Below are positions 61,431-64,000 of a stretch of 64,000 nucleotides of DNA, in pieces. Source of the stretch: a virus; the IMG/VR virus record IMGVR_UViG_3300006163_000001. One strand, given 5' to 3'. The notes beneath the pieces are model-generated. The model saw only the letters and a program-made list of their open reading frames with translations. It had not been told where the DNA came from and made no database searches. A program made the position numbers and the translations under genes. Every line of letters begins with the position of its first letter. Positions within the stretch are counted from its first letter, which is position 1.

Positions 61431-61583
61431 TCAGTGCGCCTGCAGCGTGTGCACGGTCGTGGGCAGCAGCCACAGGGCGAGTCCGGCGTAGGCCATGCGG
61501 TCGCGGTGGGGGACGGCCGCCGGGAGGACCGCGGCGAGCAGCAGCAGGGCGAAGGCGATCGTGTAGCAGAACACTTCCAGCAC
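61431..61583 (-). CDS. Small two-TM membrane peptide (50 aa)
   Basis: GTG 3 nt after the upstream stop. VLEVFCYTIAFALLLLAAVLPAAV...LALWLLPTTV. Confidence 0.35.
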   Translation of the reverse strand: MLEVFCYTIAFALLLLAAVLPAAVPHRDRMAYAGLALWLLPTTVHTLQAH

Positions 61584-61586
61584 GGC

Positions 61587-61787
61587 TCAGCTCCGTTCGG
61601 CGAGGGTGCGGGCGACGGCGATCCACGAGTCGGCGAGATGTTCCAACCGCTCCATGAGCGGCAGGTTCGTCTCCAGCTCGGCGTTGTGGAGGAGCCGGGC
61701 CGCGTTGGTGAGGGCGATGTCGACGGTGAGCGGCGGTTCCTGGGTCGTCGGCTGTGTGCCTTCGTCGTCCGGTCCGTTCGGCTCCAT
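61587..61787 (-). CDS. Hypothetical protein (66 aa)
   Basis: ATG after GGGAGG. Confidence 0.5.
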   Translation of the reverse strand: MEPNGPDDEGTQPTTQEPPLTVDIALTNAARLLHNAELETNLPLMERLEHLADSWIAVARTLAERS

Positions 61788-61799
61788 GGCCGCCTCCCG

Positions 61800-62048
61800 C
61801 TAGGACGTCCCGGAGGCGGCCGTGCTGCTCGGTGTCGGCTCGCTTGGGGTCGGCTCGGGTGATGTGGGCGCGATGGTCGGCGTGGCCGAAGTGCGGGACG
61901 GGCTCGGCGAACTCGGCGGCACCGTGGGCGTCTTGCTGGGCGTCGGCCTTGCGGTGGTAGGCGCCGGCGTCGGTGCGCTGTGGCTGCAGGCGACGGGCCC
62001 GATCATCCATGCGGCGACGAACACGGCGACAAGGGCGGGTCGGCGCAT
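61800..62048 (-). CDS. Secreted Pro/Thr/Ser-rich protein, possible lipoprotein
   Basis: MRRPALVAVFVAAWMIGPVAC-S signal-peptide-like N-terminus (imperfect lipobox). RBS GAGGAG. Confidence 0.55.
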   Translation of the reverse strand: MRRPALVAVFVAAWMIGPVACSHSAPTPAPTTARPTPSKTPTVPPSSPSPSRTSATPTIAPTSPEPTPSEPTPSSTAASGTS

Positions 62049-62184
62049 GCTGCTCCTCGATGTCGGCCCGCAGTCCGGGGCGTAGGTTCCGGACTGCGGG
62101 TGCTTGGCGGTCCCGCCGCCTGCGTCGGGGTTGGCGCAGACGGCGGGACGTTCGGGGCCCGGGTTGAGCGGCCAGCCCCGGGCT

Positions 62185-62445
62185 TCAGGCGGTTTCCATG
62201 AGGTGCCAGACGAGTTGTCCGCCGGGTGCTAGCGCGGTGCCGACGTACTGCAGGTTGTCCGGGAGCGGCTGGCCGGTGCCGTACACGCGGAAGCTGCGCA
62301 CCTGCGCGGGCCGGTCGGTGTGGCGGGCCCAGACTTCGACGACGTGCATGTTGCGGCAGTCGACGTGCAGGATCTCGCCGGAGAGCTGCAGGGGATGCCA
62401 TTGGTCGTCGACGGGGACCTCGTAGCGGTAGATCGCGTCCGGCAC
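62185..62445 (-). CDS. Hypothetical protein (86 aa)
   Basis: GTG at 62445 after GGAG. Confidence 0.5.
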   Translation of the reverse strand: MPDAIYRYEVPVDDQWHPLQLSGEILHVDCRNMHVVEVWARHTDRPAQVRSFRVYGTGQPLPDNLQYVGTALAPGGQLVWHLMETA

Positions 62446-62453
62446 GGCAGCTC

Positions 62454-62711
62454 CTACTCGGTGATGTCGTGGCGCCGCAATGTCAGGGCGTAGTCGAGGA
62501 GACCCATCACCCGGTGGTACGGGACAGCGTCGCCGCCACCGGGAAGCCACTGCCCGATCTGTACGAGCTGTTCGCCGTCGTCGGCATAGCGCTGGTGCGA
62601 GGTGACCACGACCCATTCGGTGAGGACGCCCTCGGCTCCTTCGAGGCTGGCTACCTCGGTGATGGCTTCTGCGAGTCGCGCGTAGGCCGCCTTCAGCTCC
62701 TGGTCGCTCAC
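62454..62711 (-). CDS. Hypothetical protein (85 aa)
   Basis: GTG after GGAGGGG. Confidence 0.5.
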   Translation of the reverse strand: MSDQELKAAYARLAEAITEVASLEGAEGVLTEWVVVTSHQRYADDGEQLVQIGQWLPGGGDAVPYHRVMGLLDYALTLRRHDITE

Positions 62712-62822
62712 TGCAGGCCCCTCCGTCGGATTGTGGTCCGCCCGGCCCTGGAGGGGGCCGGGCGGACGGGGCCCGAGCGCGTGGCGCTACGAGGGCCCGG
62801 CCTGCGCACCGCCGCGCAGGAG

Positions 62823-63068
62823 TCAGGCGGCCAGCGGGAGTGACGCCCCGATGACAGGCGGCGTATTGCCGGGTTCGATCAGCTTGAGGGTGTCCTTGTC
62901 GCGCTTGGCCTCGGGGATCTGGTCGATGTCGTAGAGGACACCGTTCTTGCGGCGGGACGAGTCCGGGTAGCGGGTGAGGCGCCCTTCGCAGGCCCATCGC
63001 CTGATGGTGGCTTGGGGGTGTCCGGCGACGTGTGCTGCGAGGTCGACGGGGATGAGGAGTCCGGGCAT
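62823..63068 (-). CDS. Excisionase/MerR-type HTH protein
   Basis: LAAHVAGHPQATIRRWACEGRLTRY. Confidence 0.6.
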   Translation of the reverse strand: MPGLLIPVDLAAHVAGHPQATIRRWACEGRLTRYPDSSRRKNGVLYDIDQIPEAKRDKDTLKLIEPGNTPPVIGASLPLAA

Positions 63069-63092
63069 TCGGTCACCCCCCGGGCACGCGAA

Positions 63093-63117
63093 AGGGGCCG
63101 CTGTGGTGGCGGCCCCT
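63093..63117 (-). terminator. Hairpin terminator after RHH paralog 2
   Basis: On the minus strand, AGGGGCCGC-CACCACA-GCGGCCCCT followed by TTCGCG. An AT-richer promoter-like spacer lies on its upstream (RHH-proximal) side. Confidence 0.55.
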
Positions 63118-63187
63118 CAAGACAGTTAGATCAAGTTGAGCACAGAATAAGCTCGCTGCACGTCAGGACACAAGTGACTCCTGAATC

Positions 63188-63391
63188 TCACCTGTCGCGG
63201 CCTGATTCCCCGGCCGACCCGGGTCGCTCGGGAAGTTCGGCGCCAGGCTGACCCGAGAACCATGCCCACAACTGCCGGGTGATTGCGGATCGGTCGCCGC
63301 CACCCCTGCGTGCGGCCTTGTCGAACGCGTCGACTTCCTCATCTGGGACGCCTCGGATTACTCGCTGCCTGTGCTTGTGGACGTTGGCCAT
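63188..63391 (-). CDS. Ribbon-helix-helix regulator (paralog 2)
   Basis: ATG at 63391. HRQRVIRGVPDEEVDAFDKAARRGGGDRSAITRQLWAWFSGQPGAELPERP. Confidence 0.7.
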   Translation of the reverse strand: MANVHKHRQRVIRGVPDEEVDAFDKAARRGGGDRSAITRQLWAWFSGQPGAELPERPGSAGESGRDR

Positions 63392-63406
63392 GGAGGGATC
63401 ATCCCA

Positions 63407-63458
63407 GGTGGCTTGCCACCCGTCAAACGGTGTGCCATAGTGGAGGTGGCAAGCCACC
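63407..63458. promoter_or_regulatory. Operator pair identical to the 23.4-kb locus
   Basis: GGTGGCTTGCCACC at 63407 and GGTGGCAAGCCACC at 63445. The 15-nt gap from the proximal site to the RHH start codon is the same as at 23452/23468. Confidence 0.65.
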
Positions 63459-63493
63459 CGTGAACAGGGCGAACGACGATAGAGGAGCAGGGC

Positions 63494-64000
63494 ATGGACG
63501 TCGACGACAGGGCGCACCTCCGCTGCATGGTCTTCGAGGCCACCTCCGTCGTCGCCCGCGAGGCCTTCGGCTCCCAGGAAGACAACATGTGGGACACCCA
63601 GGCGGAGGCGGAGCGCGGCATCACCGACGTCACCCCGTTCGGCTACTGCACCATCTGGGATCAGTTGGAATCCGAGGAGTACGAGTCCAGGGCCGCTGGT
63701 TGGGACATGGACCCGGAAGAGATCCGCGCCGCCTACAAGCTGGTCGGTGAACTGGACGACGCCACCCTGGACGCCTGGGACCACAAGGAGGCCGACGAAC
63801 TGGTCCCCTCCATCAAGGAGAAGGCCGCCGCCATCGCCAAGGCGCAGCGGGAGGACGGAGATCAGGACGACCAGGAGTACGTCACCTGCCCCAAGTGCAA
63901 CGGCAAGCAGGGGTTCGCCAACTTCCGCCACGTTCCCCACAAGCACGTCGGCGGCCTCTGCTTCGAGTGCGACGGCTACGGAGTCATCCCGGTCGCCAAC
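63494..64000 (+). CDS. Partial CDS with DnaJ-type CxxCxGxG zinc-finger repeats (5' part; runs off the window)
   Basis: ATG at 63494, open to the window end with very high GC3. Contains CPKCNGKQG and CFECDGYG. Confidence 0.6.
   Translation, partial: MDVDDRAHLRCMVFEATSVVAREAFGSQEDNMWDTQAEAERGITDVTPFGYCTIWDQLESEEYESRAAGWDMDPEEIRAAYKLVGELDDATLDAWDHKEADELVPSIKEKAAAIAKAQREDGDQDDQEYVTCPKCNGKQGFANFRHVPHKHVGGLCFECDGYGVIPVAN

Larger units (their letters stand above)
1..64000. mobile_element. Temperate siphovirus-type phage/prophage DNA of a high-GC actinobacterium, possibly a composite of two adjacent elements
   Basis: Complete late module at 28-55 kb, two tyrosine recombinases, two repressor-type switches and an early recombination/replication block at 0.2-13 kb. 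Gene packing is near gapless with ATGA/GTGA coupling. Confidence 0.85.

Overview
High-GC (actinobacterial, Streptomyces-like) mobile DNA that is almost entirely phage-derived. Most genes are on the minus strand and tightly packed, with many ATGA/GTGA start-stop overlaps. There are three blocks. (1) 0.17-13.2 kb is an early module: DNA methyltransferase, PD-(D/E)XK exonuclease, DnaN sliding clamp plus a truncated clamp-like paralog, and many small unknown ORFs. It ends in a Cro/CI-type divergent switch (12.7-13.85 kb), a tyrosine integrase (14291..15574) and an AT-richer, repeat-rich att-like region (15.6-16.3 kb). (2) 16.3-27.7 kb is an accessory/lysogeny block with several small HTH/RHH regulators, an ImmA/IrrE-like peptidase with an altered HExxH motif, a LexA-DNA-binding-domain-only protein, a second (Cre-like) tyrosine recombinase, a standalone DUF262/ParB-like protein, and a Ro60 (TROVE+vWA) gene preceded by two ~180-nt Y-RNA-like genes with circularly permuted tRNA-like cores. 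(3) 27.9-55.5 kb is a complete siphovirus late module: two HNH endonucleases, a cos-like gap, TerS, TerL, portal, MuF-like protein, scaffold, mini-Prp protease, major capsid, connectors, tail tube, a frameshifted tail assembly chaperone, a 1759-aa tape measure, minor tails and a lysis cassette. It is followed at 55.5-64 kb by further genes, including a LamG-like protein with 60-bp tandem repeats, a six-HTH HNH protein, membrane/lipoprotein morons and a second RHH switch. The most notable item is the phage-borne Ro/Y-RNA module. Other points worth a second look: a 53-aa QLALF (clamp-binding-motif) peptide coupled to the phage dnaN; a WFxLxRH motif shared by the scaffold and capsid N-termini next to the mini-Prp; two paralogous RHH cassettes 40 kb apart with identical palindromic operators; a DUF2829 (Tad2-like) gene; and a reverse-strand DUF6221 gene inside the tail operon. 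All functional calls rest on motif recognition by eye. No database search was run.
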